A program made the position numbers and the translations under genes. The notes below the pieces were generated by a model. That model did not search any database and was not told where the DNA came from. It saw only the letters and a list, made by a program, of their open reading frames with translations. From an uncultured Candidatus Izemoplasmatales bacterium (GTDB lineage Bacteria > Bacillota_I > Bacilli_A > Izemoplasmatales > Hujiaoplasmataceae), in assembly GCA_964535005.1 (NCBI GenBank), contig CAZHSG010000005.1, forward strand, positions 5,647 to 69,646: 64,000 bases of DNA, given 5' to 3'. Positions 11,742-22,200 of the stretch are shown here, one piece after another. Every line of letters begins with the position of its first letter. The stretch's first letter is position 1.

Positions 11742-12698
11742 TTATTTGGTGATTATTTCAATATCTCCCGATACAGTTCTTTTGCGTTTTACAACAATTG
11801 TTTTTGCGCTTTCTTTGTTTTTAATTAACAAATCTCCCGATACAGATTTTAGAGATACAGTTTCAGGATAAAACTCATTCCCAATAATATCTCCAGAAAT
11901 TGTTTTTAATAACGCTTCAATACAATTAGAGTTTTCAATCATGGCATCACCACTTATAGTACTTATTAATATGTCTTTTTTTGAAACTACGTTAATCATC
12001 TTTGCGTCACCACTTATGGTTGACATAGAAAAATCATCACAAATGATATTTTCCATCAATACGTCTCCGCTTATAGATGATACTGAAGTATCTTCTAAAG
12101 TTAACGTATTTAACTTAGCGTCACCACTATTAGTTTCTAATACAAACTTTTTGGCATTCATATTTCTTAAAATTGAGTCCCCACTAATTGTTTTTAGTTT
12201 AAAATCACCTATTTTTAGTTTCTTAGGTAAAGATACAACCATTGTGTTATTAGAACCACTAAATGAGATACCGAAATTAAATACCATTCTTGGTGACTTG
12301 ATCTTTAACTCATTATTAGAAAATGATATGTCAAAATCCTTCAATTTTAGTTTTCCTTTGTAAGTAACTACGATTTTTTCATCATCGTTATGTACAAATT
12401 TGATATCCTCACTTATTAAAGCGATATCTACATTGAAGTTCTCATTAATACCTGTAAACTCTACAGATTTCCCTGTTTTCATGTCATTTTCGTCCTCTGC
12501 TTTTTCAGTAAATTGAGATAATTCTTCGGCTACATTTTTTGGACTTCCAAATTTAGCCTCTAATTCTTCATCAGTTAACCCTTCACTTTTAGCTGATTGA
12601 ATCATTTCTTCGTGATCTGCCATAATTTCTTTTATTTCATTCTCACTTAGATTATTTTTTCTCAATTCTGTCTCTAAATCTTTCAAAAATTTCTTCAT
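11742..12698 (-). CDS. HAAS (DUF1700-like) N-terminal domain plus DUF4097-like beta-repeat protein
   Basis: KFLKDLETEL...EHEE-like...FGSPKNVAEEL N-terminus; repeated [TS]ISGD motifs; typical PadR partner. Confidence 0.85.
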   Translation of the reverse strand: MKKFLKDLETELRKNNLSENEIKEIMADHEEMIQSAKSEGLTDEELEAKFGSPKNVAEELSQFTEKAEDENDMKTGKSVEFTGINENFNVDIALISEDIKFVHNDDEKIVVTYKGKLKLKDFDISFSNNELKIKSPRMVFNFGISFSGSNNTMVVSLPKKLKIGDFKLKTISGDSILRNMNAKKFVLETNSGDAKLNTLTLEDTSVSSISGDVLMENIICDDFSMSTISGDAKMINVVSKKDILISTISGDAMIENSNCIEALLKTISGDIIGNEFYPETVSLKSVSGDLLIKNKESAKTIVVKRKRTVSGDIEIITK

Positions 12699-13017
12699 TT
12701 GTTTTTCCTCCCTTATTTAATATAACATATACACCGCCAATGAATTGGTCCCACTCATCCCTAAGATTCATATAATATTCAAATCCTTTTTTAGTTATGT
12801 TGTAGTACTTTCTTGGCGCTCCTGAACTCGATTCTCTAAGATAAGTAGTAAAATATCCTTCTTTAGTTAATCTACGCAAAATCGGGTAAATTGTGTTTTC
12901 ATTAACGTTAAGATGGACTGATAAGTTATTTATTATCATATATCCATACATATCTTCAGCAACTAGTTCTTTTAGAACACAAAGTTCTATAATTCCTCTT
13001 TTAAATTGTGAGTTCAT
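12652..13017 (-). CDS. PadR family transcriptional regulator
   Basis: QFKRGIIELCVL, YGY, TIYPILRRL, PRKYYNIT..G. Confidence 0.93.
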   Translation of the reverse strand: MNSQFKRGIIELCVLKELVAEDMYGYMIINNLSVHLNVNENTIYPILRRLTKEGYFTTYLRESSSGAPRKYYNITKKGFEYYMNLRDEWDQFIGGVYVILNKGGKTNEEIFERFRDRIEKK

Positions 13018-13035
13018 ACGCTCCTCCTTAAAATC

Positions 13036-13068
13036 ATTATAACACAGTACTGTGTGTTACACAATACT
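13036..13068 (-). promoter_or_regulatory. padR promoter (extended -10) with overlapping palindromic operator
   Basis: TG-T-TATAAT on the minus strand; perfect palindrome ACACAGTACTGTGT at 13042-13055 overlapping the inverted repeat AGTACTGTGT-gtt-ACACAATACT at 13046-13068. Confidence 0.7.
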
Positions 13069-13098
13069 AAATGTAAAAAAATAACATGCGGAGGCATG

Positions 13099-14703
<1,605 letters not shown>

Positions 14704-14715
14704 TTAATTTCCTCC

Positions 14716-14798
14716 AAAAAAATAAAGGGTTCCCCAGATTGGAGAACCCTTTTTTAGTGGCTCTTAAAAATTATAACAAATTATTTAGTTATTTGCAA
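14716..14798 (-). promoter_or_regulatory. pyrG promoter and leader terminator (probable attenuator)
   Basis: TTGCAA (14793-14798) -17 bp- TATAAT (14770-14775), then hairpin AAAGGGTTCTCC-aatct-GGGGAACCCTTT plus a T-run immediately before the GGAGG RBS. Confidence 0.75.
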
Positions 14799-14810
14799 TT
14801 GATAAAAAAC

Positions 14811-15413
14811 TTAGTCTTCGTACATTTCTTCGTAATCATCCATGTACTCATTGTATTCTTCATCATTAAACTCTTCTTTTTCTTCTTCAGGCTCTGCTTT
14901 TACAGTTTCTTCTACAAAAACCAAGTCTGCTTCTTCTTCAATGTAGTCTTCTTCATCTTCTACGAATGCATCATATTCAGAAACCTCATCTGCGATATCT
15001 TCTTCTTTGAAGTCATCTTCATATTTGCTTTCAGAATCTTCTTCCTCAACTTCAGCTGCTGCAGGTTCTATAGAATATTCATCATGAGTTTTATGACTTT
15101 CGTCATATTGACTTAATTCTTCTTCATAGTCAGGATACTCATCGTAATAGGCTCCATCTTTATCCCATAAGTCTATTGTTTGTCTTCCTTTAATGTCCCA
15201 TTCGTCTTCGCCAACATATATAAACTTAGCAGAGGTAATGAAATCTGAGTAGACTTGAGATGCAGTATTTGCTCTCTCTTCATCAGAAATACCTTTTTCT
15301 GCACATATTGTCTCATATAGTTCTACAAAAGTCATTGCTTTTCCATGATCCACAAGGATTTGGAATGCAAGTTCCATAATCGACATAGTTTTTCTATCTG
15401 TCATTATTACCAT
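14811..15413 (-). CDS. rpoE: DNA-directed RNA polymerase delta subunit
   Basis: SIMELAFQIL, SQVYSDF...KFIYVGEDEW, long acidic C-terminus, upstream of pyrG as in Bacillota. Confidence 0.92.
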   Translation of the reverse strand: MVIMTDRKTMSIMELAFQILVDHGKAMTFVELYETICAEKGISDEERANTASQVYSDFITSAKFIYVGEDEWDIKGRQTIDLWDKDGAYYDEYPDYEEELSQYDESHKTHDEYSIEPAAAEVEEEDSESKYEDDFKEEDIADEVSEYDAFVEDEEDYIEEEADLVFVEETVKAEPEEEKEEFNDEEYNEYMDDYEEMYED

Positions 15414-15533
15414 CCATTCTATTATTTATCTATATTTAGTCATATTTTTTACTCTAGTTTAATGCTTTACATATTATATATTAAAGTTTAAAATAATACA
15501 AGTATGTTTTTTTAAAACTTTTGATTAGTTTTT

Positions 15534-17207
15534 TTAGAAATATGAATCATCGTGTGAAAATTCATCTGTTAATACGTTTAAAGCCATATTATTACAATGA
15601 TCGCCAATTCTTTCTAAGTTAGATAATATATCTACGTAGAAACCAGCTTCTGTTTCTTTACAAGTTTTGTCATTAATTCTTTGAATATGATGTTTGCGAT
15701 ATTTTTTAGTTAATTTATCGATTTTATCTTCTCTTTCATTTACAACTAATGCTAAATCTTTATCCATATTAATAAAGGCATTAATTGATTGATCAAGAGA
15801 TTCTCTAACCAAACTAAATATTTCATCAAGTTCTTCTTTTGCTTTCACATGCAAAGTCATTCTTTTTTCATGTCTTACTTCGAAGAATTCTAGAAGATTG
15901 TCTAAATGATCACCAATTCTTTCAATATCAGTAATTGTATCAATGTCTTTAGCTACCAATTGGATTTGTTTATCTATTAAATCTTTTCCACCAATAGCTA
16001 CCAGGTAGTTATGGATTTTATCATCCATGGTGTCAAGCAACTCTTCACACTGTGTAGCCATTTCTTGTTCTTTGGCTTCTTTAGTGAATGCATAGTTGTA
16101 GGTGAATTCAAACATTCCTTTAGCAACATTACCCATATTATTAATAGCATCTTTAACATTTATAAGTGCTAAATCTGGAGATTCTTTTAATAGTGTTTCA
16201 TCAAGGATGATTTCATCAACCACGATTTCACCTTTACCAGGTATTAGCTTAGTCGCTAACCACACCATTTTATTAATAAAGAAATAAAGAATAAACACTG
16301 TTAACAAGTTAAAAATCATATGCGCCAGCGATATTGTAAATTTATTAGTAAGATAGTTGGCCATCAAATTAGATCCAAGAAAACTAATTAACTTAGTATA
16401 AGGATTAATCAATATAAAGAATATTGCTGTTCCTAGGAAGTTAAATAACACATGGATTCCAGCTGTTCTTCTAGCCGCAGCTGAACCACCTATTGATGCA
16501 ATTATTGATGTTACTGTTGTACCAATGTTTGATCCTAATACTATTGCGATAGCTCCAATTAATGGAACTCCACCATTTTCAAATAACTGTTGTAGAATAC
16601 CAATTGTAGCTGATGATGATTGAACTAAAGCAGTCGATGTAGCACCAACTAATACTCCAAGAATCGGATAATTAGTTACTGAGTTAATTAGATTTGTAAA
16701 TGCATCTAATTGACTTAGTTGCTTAAGCGCATCTCCCATAGTATCTAATCCAAAGAATAACATACCAAATCCAAGTAATGTTCTACCATAGTTTTTGACT
16801 TTTTTATTGTTAAAGAAGAATATTAACGCTGAACCTATAAACATAATTGGCATTGCGTATGAACCAATATCAAGTGAAATCAGTACAGATGTAAATGTTG
16901 TCCCTATATTAGCTCCGAAAATAACTCCCACAGCTTGCGGCAACGTCATTAGTCCAGCTCTAACAAGCCCAACAACTAATGCACTAGTCGCAGATGAAGA
17001 TTGAATTATTGCGGTTATAAAAATACCAACAAATATTCCTTTTAAAGGAGTGTTTGTAGTTTTTTCTAAAATTAACTTAAGTCTCGATCCAGCAATTTTC
17101 TTAAGCGAATCACTCATTAGATTGATTCCGTACAAAAAGATTCCTAAACCACCAAATATTGCGAAGATAGTTACCTTCCAGTCAATAGCCAATAATAGTT
17201 GCGGCAT
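15534..17207 (-). CDS. Na/Pi cotransporter family protein with PhoU-like domains
   Basis: GGLGIFLYG, two QSSSAT repeats, GANIGTT, two ERIGDH motifs. Confidence 0.95.
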   Translation of the reverse strand: MPQLLLAIDWKVTIFAIFGGLGIFLYGINLMSDSLKKIAGSRLKLILEKTTNTPLKGIFVGIFITAIIQSSSATSALVVGLVRAGLMTLPQAVGVIFGANIGTTFTSVLISLDIGSYAMPIMFIGSALIFFFNNKKVKNYGRTLLGFGMLFFGLDTMGDALKQLSQLDAFTNLINSVTNYPILGVLVGATSTALVQSSSATIGILQQLFENGGVPLIGAIAIVLGSNIGTTVTSIIASIGGSAAARRTAGIHVLFNFLGTAIFFILINPYTKLISFLGSNLMANYLTNKFTISLAHMIFNLLTVFILYFFINKMVWLATKLIPGKGEIVVDEIILDETLLKESPDLALINVKDAINNMGNVAKGMFEFTYNYAFTKEAKEQEMATQCEELLDTMDDKIHNYLVAIGGKDLIDKQIQLVAKDIDTITDIERIGDHLDNLLEFFEVRHEKRMTLHVKAKEELDEIFSLVRESLDQSINAFINMDKDLALVVNEREDKIDKLTKKYRKHHIQRINDKTCKETEAGFYVDILSNLERIGDHCNNMALNVLTDEFSHDDSYF

Positions 17208-17287
17208 ATAGTACTCCTTTATTGATATTTAATACTCTAAAACCGGTATTATTATATCAAATCACTAAAAAATTACAAGCGGGAAAA

Positions 17288-18256
17288 TTAATTAAGACTT
17301 TTTTTATATTCTTTAACTAATTCGTCTGCATCTTTAAGTAATAATTCAACTGTAGCCCAATCGCCCAAATTAGCTCCACAAGCTTGTCTATGTCCACCAC
17401 CGTTATATTTGTTAGCTAGCTTATCAATTGCTGGTGCACGAGAACGTAAACGGCCTCTAACGAAGTTATCTTCGTATTCAGCAAACAACATCCATACTGG
17501 ACAGTCATCTAATGATGCTAATTCATTAACTAAAGAAGTTCCTTCATCTAGTGAAACTCCGAATTTTTCAAGGATGTCTGGTGTCATATAAATATAGGCA
17601 ACTCCGTTTGGAGTTTTCTTGAAATTAAGTAATACATATCCTTTAAGTTTTAATAGATTTTCAGACTTAATTTCTAATTTTTCTAAAATTTGTGTGAAGT
17701 CTAATCCAAAATCTAACAAGAAAGCTACGGCCTTAAATGTATCAGCTGTAACTGAACGGTATCTAAATCTACCTGTATCAGTCACAATCCCTGTATAAAG
17801 CGCTACAGCAGCCTTCATATTGAATTTTAATTCGTTTTGGTATCTTAGGTAGAATTCTAGTATTATTTGAGCAGTAGCCGGTCTCGTCGTGTCAACGTAT
17901 TGAAAATCTCCAAAATCTTCTACTGGTATGTGGTGATCAATTTTAATTACATATTCAGATAATGTGAATCTTGGATCAGCTACTCTTGAACCAGAAGCTG
18001 TATCAACAACTATTGATAACGCACCATTAAATAATTCATCAGAAATATCATCAACTTCACCGATGAATCTAACGTATTCCGCAGTTTCTCCAACTACATA
18101 TACTTCTTTTTCGGGGTATGTTTCTTTGATTATTTCTTTTAAGCCAAAGCCGGCTCCATAACAATCACCATCTGGTCTTAAATGTTTGTGAATTATTATT
18201 CTATTGTACTCTTTTATCTTTTCTAATATGTGATCTGTTTTTGTTTTTGTTTTCAT
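17288..18256 (-). CDS. nrnA: DHH/DHHA1 phosphoesterase (NrnA-like oligoribonuclease/pAp phosphatase), copy 1
   Basis: H.RPDGD, VDT, IDHH, GIVTDTGRF, RSR and GGGH motifs. Confidence 0.92.
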   Translation of the reverse strand: MKTKTKTDHILEKIKEYNRIIIHKHLRPDGDCYGAGFGLKEIIKETYPEKEVYVVGETAEYVRFIGEVDDISDELFNGALSIVVDTASGSRVADPRFTLSEYVIKIDHHIPVEDFGDFQYVDTTRPATAQIILEFYLRYQNELKFNMKAAVALYTGIVTDTGRFRYRSVTADTFKAVAFLLDFGLDFTQILEKLEIKSENLLKLKGYVLLNFKKTPNGVAYIYMTPDILEKFGVSLDEGTSLVNELASLDDCPVWMLFAEYEDNFVRGRLRSRAPAIDKLANKYNGGGHRQACGANLGDWATVELLLKDADELVKEYKKSLN

Positions 18257-19194
18257 TTTTTTTCCTCCATTAAGTTGTCTAAATCATTTATTACTTCATT
18301 CGTTACTTCCCAATTATCAACGGTACATCCACAAGCATTTAAATGCCCGCCGCCACCGTATTTTTTAGCTACATTTAGAACGGGAATATCTCTCGATCTA
18401 AATTCGCATATAACCTTTTCAGAAACTGTGTCATAGGTGAAGTTAGCCCAAATTTTTACTTCGGCCATGCCAGCCATCTGATTTACTAATCCTCTACTAA
18501 CATAATTAGTGGATAAATCGTTCTTTGTCAAAAACTCTAAATTGTTTTTACTATAGGCTACATTGTTTTTAGTATATTTAACGTTATTAAAGAATATGTT
18601 TTTAATCTCTTTATTACGTTTTGGTTCTAGGTATATAGAATTATGAATTTTTGCGATCTCAATTCCGGTTGCCATAAGCTTAGAAGCTATGTAGAAAGTT
18701 TTTTCTGTTGTACTATCATACATAAATCTACCTGTATCACCAATAATTCCTAAATATAACGCTTTAGCTGAGTCTTTATTTATTGGAATTTTCCATTCCA
18801 ATAAAAGTGAAGCAACTATCTCTGAACATGATGAAGCATCTTTTATTTGATAGGCTATATCATATTCAATATCAGGGTCATTTCTATGATGATCTATAAA
18901 CACTAATTCTTTATAATTTTTATATATATTACTATCTAACATTTGACTCGCTACAGTGTCCAATATAAATAAAAGTGATTCTTTATAAGTTTCTTCGTCC
19001 ACTATATCTAAATCTCTAAATTTATTTAATGGATTTGAATCACCCACCACATATATTTTTTTGCTTGGATAATATTCACGTAAAGCATAGTACAGTCCAA
19101 ACTGCGACCCATAGGCATCAAAATCAGGATTCTTATGTCTTCCAATTATTATTGAATCATATTTTTCTATAAGTTTTAAAATTTCTTTTTCCAT
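18253..19194 (-). CDS. nrnA: DHH/DHHA1 phosphoesterase (NrnA-like), copy 2 (start refined to ATG 19194)
   Basis: HKNPDFD, LDT, IDHH, GIIGDTGRF, FRSR, GGGH; 4-bp overlap with copy 1. Confidence 0.92.
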   Translation of the reverse strand: MEKEILKLIEKYDSIIIGRHKNPDFDAYGSQFGLYYALREYYPSKKIYVVGDSNPLNKFRDLDIVDEETYKESLLFILDTVASQMLDSNIYKNYKELVFIDHHRNDPDIEYDIAYQIKDASSCSEIVASLLLEWKIPINKDSAKALYLGIIGDTGRFMYDSTTEKTFYIASKLMATGIEIAKIHNSIYLEPKRNKEIKNIFFNNVKYTKNNVAYSKNNLEFLTKNDLSTNYVSRGLVNQMAGMAEVKIWANFTYDTVSEKVICEFRSRDIPVLNVAKKYGGGGHLNACGCTVDNWEVTNEVINDLDNLMEEKK

Positions 19195-19262
19195 TATTTC
19201 CTCACATTCTGTAAAACAGAATATTATATCACACAAACAGTATATTATCTATTTTAACGCGT

Positions 19263-19371
19263 AATGCTACATAAAAAAACGAAAATTAAAAAAAATATTT
19301 ATTCTTTATAATATTAACACTCTATGATATAATGATTTGCACAAATAATATAGTAAAGGACACGATACATT
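19263..19371 (+). promoter_or_regulatory. Promoter region of nuclease 1 (extended -10), duplicated upstream of nuclease 2
   Basis: TG-A-TATAAT at 19325-19333; block CTCTATGATATAAT.AT.TGCACAA...AAAGGAC recurs at ~20799-20839. Confidence 0.7.
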
Positions 19372-20631
19372 ATGAATAACAATTTAAAAAAAATTACAGC
19401 GTTTTTATTAACTCTTATTGTTACAGTAGCCTTCATTGGTTGCGATAACGTAACAACATCAACAACAGTGGACACTACTGGTGTAACTACTGAGACTACA
19501 ACTCGTTTAACCACTCAAGGCGAGACAACGTTAACCACTCAAGGTGAGACAACGTTAACGACTCAAGAAACTACAGTTACTACTACTGGAGAAACAACTG
19601 TTACTACTATTGTTACAACTACTGAGACTACTACAACAGAAGTAACTACCACTGAAGCCACCACCACTGAAGCCACCACCACTGAAGTAGCTACTACTGA
19701 AGTAACTACAACAGAAAGCACCACGACAGAAACCACAACAACTGAGGGTACTATTTCGCTACAAGTTATTGTTACAAATGCAGATTACACTTTAGGTGAT
19801 AGTTTTGATGAAGATTCAATTTTAGTGAACCTTATTAGACCAAATGGAACAGCTATTCCATTGAATTCTACAAACTACACTGTTAGCGGATTCGATTCAA
19901 CAGTCGCTGGTACAATAACTATAACAGTAGCTTATTATGATTATACTACTACCTTTGACGTAAATATAGCTGATCCAATAGATGGACTAGTAATCACTAT
20001 GGAATATTATTTCGATGCACAGGGATTATCTGGAAGCGGATTATTTGATGAATTACAAACAATAGTTAATAATGGATTCCAAGGCGTAACCTATGGAGAA
20101 GCAAGATATATCCTAGATGAAACTGATGCAGATCCTACAAATTCAAATAACTTAATTTTAGTTTATTTAGCTACATCAATTAGCAATGTTTGGGATTATG
20201 GAGTAACTTGGAATAGAGAACATGTTTGGCCACAATCACTTTTACCCGGTGAAGCTAAAAACAGTGTAGTAAATACTTGTTCTGATTTACAAAACCTAAA
20301 ACCTTCAAATCCATCAGAAAATTCTTCTAGAAGTAATCGTTATTATGATAACGTATCTGTTGGTGGATTAAGTTATGAACCTAGAGATGAAGTTAAAGGT
20401 GACGTAGCGAGAATTTTACTATATATGATTACAATGTATAATGAATTATCACTAGTCAATTCTACTCCTGGGTATTTAGAAATGGGATTATTTGATGTAT
20501 TATTGGAATGGCATGAATTAGACCCAGTGGATGCTTTTGAAAGAAATCGTAATGATATAATCTATTCTTATCAACATAACAGAAACCCATATATAGACTA
20601 TCCAGAATTCGTAGAAATAATTTGGGGATAA
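19372..20631 (+). CDS. Surface lipoprotein endonuclease 1: Thr-rich stalk, Ig-like (Big_3-type) domain, endonuclease I (EndA/Bsn) domain
   Basis: Lipobox FIGC; Thr repeats; V.GFDSTVAGTITITVAY; WNREHVWPQS, DLQNLKP, NSSRSN, KGDVARILLYM, RN..IY..QHNRNPYIDYP. Confidence 0.92.
   Translation: MNNNLKKITAFLLTLIVTVAFIGCDNVTTSTTVDTTGVTTETTTRLTTQGETTLTTQGETTLTTQETTVTTTGETTVTTIVTTTETTTTEVTTTEATTTEATTTEVATTEVTTTESTTTETTTTEGTISLQVIVTNADYTLGDSFDEDSILVNLIRPNGTAIPLNSTNYTVSGFDSTVAGTITITVAYYDYTTTFDVNIADPIDGLVITMEYYFDAQGLSGSGLFDELQTIVNNGFQGVTYGEARYILDETDADPTNSNNLILVYLATSISNVWDYGVTWNREHVWPQSLLPGEAKNSVVNTCSDLQNLKPSNPSENSSRSNRYYDNVSVGGLSYEPRDEVKGDVARILLYMITMYNELSLVNSTPGYLEMGLFDVLLEWHELDPVDAFERNRNDIIYSYQHNRNPYIDYPEFVEIIWG
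19450..19745 (+). repeat. Coding tandem repeats, Thr-rich stalk (LTTQGETT 24-bp and EATTT/EVTTT 15-bp units)
   Basis: ttaaccactcaagg(c/t)gagacaacg twice; accactgaagccacc repeats. Confidence 0.85.
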
Positions 20632-20652
20632 TAATTATTTTTAAAGGATAAC

Positions 20653-20682
20653 AAAAAGGCATAACTAATAGTTGTGCCTTTT
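20653..20682 (+). terminator. Intrinsic terminator after nuclease 1
   Basis: AAAAGGCATAACTA-a-TAGTTGTGCCTTTT hairpin with a T-run. Confidence 0.8.
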
Positions 20683-20742
20683 ATTTATTTTCTAGACAAC
20701 ACATATTTTTTGTTTATAATTGAACTATCTGGTTCATAATCA

Positions 20743-20849
20743 AATGTTATATAAAAAAAACAACTTTAAATAAATATTTTTTCTTTGTATAATTAATGCT
20801 CTATGATATAATAATCTGCACAAGAATAAAGAAAAGGACTTGATATAAA
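20743..20849 (+). promoter_or_regulatory. Promoter region of nuclease 2 (paralogous to 19263-19371)
   Basis: TG-A-TATAAT at 20804-20812; shared flanking sequence with the nuclease 1 promoter. Confidence 0.7.
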
Positions 20850-22103
20850 ATGACAAACAAATTAAAAAGAATTACAGCATTTCTATTAATCATTATCGCT
20901 TCAATTACAATTATTAGTTGCGATAAAGCCACCACTACAACATCTGGAGTAACCACATCAGAAGCTACAACTGGTGCAACGACAGCTGATACAACTACAA
21001 CTGGCGCAACTACGACCGGTGCAACTACAATTGAAGTAACTACATCAGGCACAACTACTACAGAAGCTACTACAGTTCAAACTACAACTGAAACAACTAC
21101 AGTACCCGTTACAACTACAGTACCAGTAACAACTCAACAACCAACAACAACGTATATCTCAACAACTTCTGAAGTTACTACAACTAGAGAACTTGTAACA
21201 TATACAAGCATTGAAGTAACGAAACAGTATACAAAGTTCTTCAATATAGATGAACCTTTTGATAAATCATCATTTGAACTTATAGCTCACCTTAGTAATG
21301 GTGGACAAGAAGTTATATCAAGCGAATTAATCAATGTTCGCGGTTATGATTCATCAAATCCAGGTTCTAGAAACTTATTTATTATTTTCAATCAATTCCT
21401 TGTGGAATTAAATGTTATTATTTTAGAAGATTTCGCATTTGAAATCGATATGGATTATTACGAAGAAGCAATCAACCTTAAAGGCACTTATTTAAAAGTT
21501 ATTCTTAATAACATTTTACACGAAGACTTTATCCCATTACTTTATGGAGACGCTCGAGATATTTTACCAGTATCTGATGTTGACCCTAATAACTCAAATA
21601 ATCTTATACTTGTTTACACAGGTGATTCAGTTGATAGTTCTTGGGATAGCGGACTAACTTGGAATAGAGAACATACTTGGCCACAATCTAGATTAGGAGT
21701 TAGTGTAAGTTACACTGATGATTTTCCTAGCAAAGCAACTGATATTCATAATTTAAAACCAGCTGACCCGGGTGAAAACTCATCAAGAAGTAATGATTAC
21801 TTCTCTGACGTTGATGGTCTTGATTTCTACGTTCCTAGAGATGAAGTAAAAGGTGATGTTGCTCGTATTCTATTGTATATGGCAACAATGTATAGCGAGC
21901 TTACTTTAGATGATGAAAAAACAACAATATCTGCATTTAAAACAATGGGGATGTTATCACTGTTACTTGAATGGAATCACTCAGATCCTGTAGATGATTT
22001 TGAAATGTATCGCAACGAAATTTTATATTCTTACCAAGGTAACCGAAATCCATATATTGACTATCCGGAATTCGCTGATCTTATTTGGGGAGACTTAGCT
22101 TAA
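20850..22103 (+). CDS. Surface lipoprotein endonuclease 2, paralog of 19372-20631
   Basis: Lipobox IISC; Thr stalk; V.GYDSSNPGSR Ig-like domain; WNREHTWPQS, DIHNLKP, KGDVARILLYM, QGNRNPYIDYP. Confidence 0.92.
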   Translation: MTNKLKRITAFLLIIIASITIISCDKATTTTSGVTTSEATTGATTADTTTTGATTTGATTIEVTTSGTTTTEATTVQTTTETTTVPVTTTVPVTTQQPTTTYISTTSEVTTTRELVTYTSIEVTKQYTKFFNIDEPFDKSSFELIAHLSNGGQEVISSELINVRGYDSSNPGSRNLFIIFNQFLVELNVIILEDFAFEIDMDYYEEAINLKGTYLKVILNNILHEDFIPLLYGDARDILPVSDVDPNNSNNLILVYTGDSVDSSWDSGLTWNREHTWPQSRLGVSVSYTDDFPSKATDIHNLKPADPGENSSRSNDYFSDVDGLDFYVPRDEVKGDVARILLYMATMYSELTLDDEKTTISAFKTMGMLSLLLEWNHSDPVDDFEMYRNEILYSYQGNRNPYIDYPEFADLIWGDLA

Positions 22104-22127
22104 TATTAATAAATTGAATAAATTAAA

Positions 22128-22158
22128 AAAAAGGCACTGCTTAAAGCAATGCCTTTTT
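22128..22158. terminator. Bidirectional terminator between nuclease 2 and the giant lipoprotein gene
   Basis: A-run, AAGGCAcTGCTT-a-AAGCAaTGCCTT, T-run. Confidence 0.8.
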
Positions 22159-22200
22159 ATTATATTTTATCAAGTTCTCTAGTAAAAAAATATAATTGAT

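Noticed and set aside
12652-12698. 47-bp padR overlap with the next gene as a frameshift or pseudogene
   Set aside because: The PadR domain is complete and the downstream gene has its own GGGAGG RBS; this is a benign C-terminal extension
19314-21052. Val-rich small ORFs antisense to the Thr stalks (19314-19514, 20801-21052, also 29621-29812)
   Set aside because: They are the reverse complement of ACN-rich repeats, which lack stop codons by composition
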